IMG/VR virus record: IMGVR_UViG_3300014205_000006 | Span: 1 to 64,000 of that record | Length of the DNA: 64,000 nucleotides | Source of the DNA: a virus | Taxonomy: Duplodnaviria; Caudoviricetes | Strand: one strand, 5' to 3' | Part shown: positions 62,908-64,000 of the stretch, one piece after another | Numbering within the stretch: position 1 is the first letter of the stretch | Layout: the number at the start of each line of letters is the position of its first letter | Notes under the pieces: generated by a model | Told to the model about the DNA's origin: nothing | What the model saw: only the letters and a program-made list of their open reading frames with translations | Database searches by the model: none | Program-made: the position numbers and the translations under genes

Positions 62908-64000
62908 ATGGCGACCGGCGACGACAACGGCGCGAGCCCTTCCCTCACAGGTGGCCTTCCGGCGGTAGCGGACGCGGAGCGCGACACCGTCAGCCTCTCT
63001 GAGGTCGGCACCTCCGGCCTTCGGCGCTATGGCGGCATCATCCAAGAGGAGTTCCTGCCTGAACTCCGGGGCCTGCGTGGCGTCCGCGTCTTCCAAGAGA
63101 TGCGCTGGAATGACCCCACTGTCGGCGGCATGATCCGCGCCACCAAGGACGCGATCCACTCTGTGAAGTGGGACGTGGAGGCAGACGGCGAGGAGGCAGT
63201 CGACAACGAGGCTGAAATCTTCCTCCGTCAGTGTATGGACGACATGTCCCACTCGTGGTGGGATATGGTCAATGAAGCGCTCTCCATGATCGCCTTCGGC
63301 TGGGCGTACCACGAGGTGGTCTACAAGGTTCGGCAGGGGCATAACCCGAGCGGCACTGACGCGTGGGGCCAGCCGCTTCCCAAGTCCAAGTTCGATGACC
63401 GTCGCATCGGTTGGCGCAAGATTGCCCTGCGCGGGCAAGAGACGCTCTACCGCTGGGACATCGACAACACTGGCGGCATCCGGGCGATGCTCCAGTTTGA
63501 CCCGGTCGCGGGCGGCGGCATCCGCACCATCCCTATTGAGCAGGCCCTCCTGTTCCGCACCGACCGTGAAAAGAACAATCCCGAGGGCGTGTCGATGCTC
63601 CGGTGGGCGTACCGCCCTTGGTACTTCAAGAAGCAGTTGGAGGAGATTGAGGCCATCGGCATCGAGCGCGACTTGGTGGGCATGCCCGTCATGACGCTGC
63701 CTCAGGGCGCGACCGTCTCTGACCGCAACATCGCCCTCGACATGCTCCAGAAGTTGAAGAGTGACGAGTCCACCGGCCTCGTGCTCGTGCGCGGCATCGA
63801 TGAGCGCCACGACTGGACATTCGGCCTGACGCAGTCGTCCGGCGCTCGGACGGTCAACACGCACCAGAGCATCGACCGCTACTCGGGCGAGATTGCGCTG
63901 GCGTTCCTCGCGCAGTTCCTCCGGCTCGGCGCGGCGGGCGGCGGCTCGTATGCCCTGAGCCGTGACCAAAAGGATTTCTTCTACCTCAGCATCACGTCCA
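62908..64000 (+). CDS. Portal protein (DUF935/Mu gp29-like), 3' truncated
   Basis: GGAGG RBS; EVGTSGLRRYGGIIQEEFLPELRG...EM..ND, NPEG.S.LR..Y.PW.FKK, EAIGIERDL.G.P; follows TerL. Confidence 0.85.
   Translation, partial: MATGDDNGASPSLTGGLPAVADAERDTVSLSEVGTSGLRRYGGIIQEEFLPELRGLRGVRVFQEMRWNDPTVGGMIRATKDAIHSVKWDVEADGEEAVDNEAEIFLRQCMDDMSHSWWDMVNEALSMIAFGWAYHEVVYKVRQGHNPSGTDAWGQPLPKSKFDDRRIGWRKIALRGQETLYRWDIDNTGGIRAMLQFDPVAGGGIRTIPIEQALLFRTDREKNNPEGVSMLRWAYRPWYFKKQLEEIEAIGIERDLVGMPVMTLPQGATVSDRNIALDMLQKLKSDESTGLVLVRGIDERHDWTFGLTQSSGARTVNTHQSIDRYSGEIALAFLAQFLRLGAAGGGSYALSRDQKDFFYLSITS

Overview
The window covers most of the genome of a high-GC tailed dsDNA phage with a siphovirus-like tail module. 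It is circularly permuted: it opens inside the tape measure gene and ends inside the portal gene. The host cannot be determined from sequence, and no integrase or CRISPR array is visible. Layout: (1) 1-7.9 kb, + strand: tail tip genes and three membrane (holin-like) genes, ending at a double hairpin terminator. (2) 8-32.4 kb, - strand: about 60 mostly small genes driven by eight near-identical sigma70-like promoters, including tRNA-Trp, a dNMP kinase, a class III aminotransferase, a ThyX-like enzyme, M23 and metzincin peptidases, an SNF2 helicase, an ART-fold protein, SLOG and HNH proteins. (3) 32.7-52.9 kb, + strand: replication, recombination and nucleotide genes (DnaB, primase, SSB-like, FAD oxidoreductase, MazG-HAD fusion, DnaE, RuvC, RecA, Cas4-like, GT2, DUF550, dCMP deaminase, stand-alone regulator domains, a Tad1-like protein). 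(4) 53-64 kb, + strand: TerS-like gene, a non-coding region with a candidate packaging site and a tRNA-like structured RNA, accessory genes, tRNA-Gln, TerL and portal. Best candidates for something new: a putative pre-replicative pyrimidine modification pathway built on a ThyX-like enzyme plus a class III aminotransferase, and a tRNA-mimic ncRNA with an elongated acceptor stem and anticodon arm followed by a possible RNA conformational switch. All family calls come from motif recognition by eye; no searches or folding programs were run.
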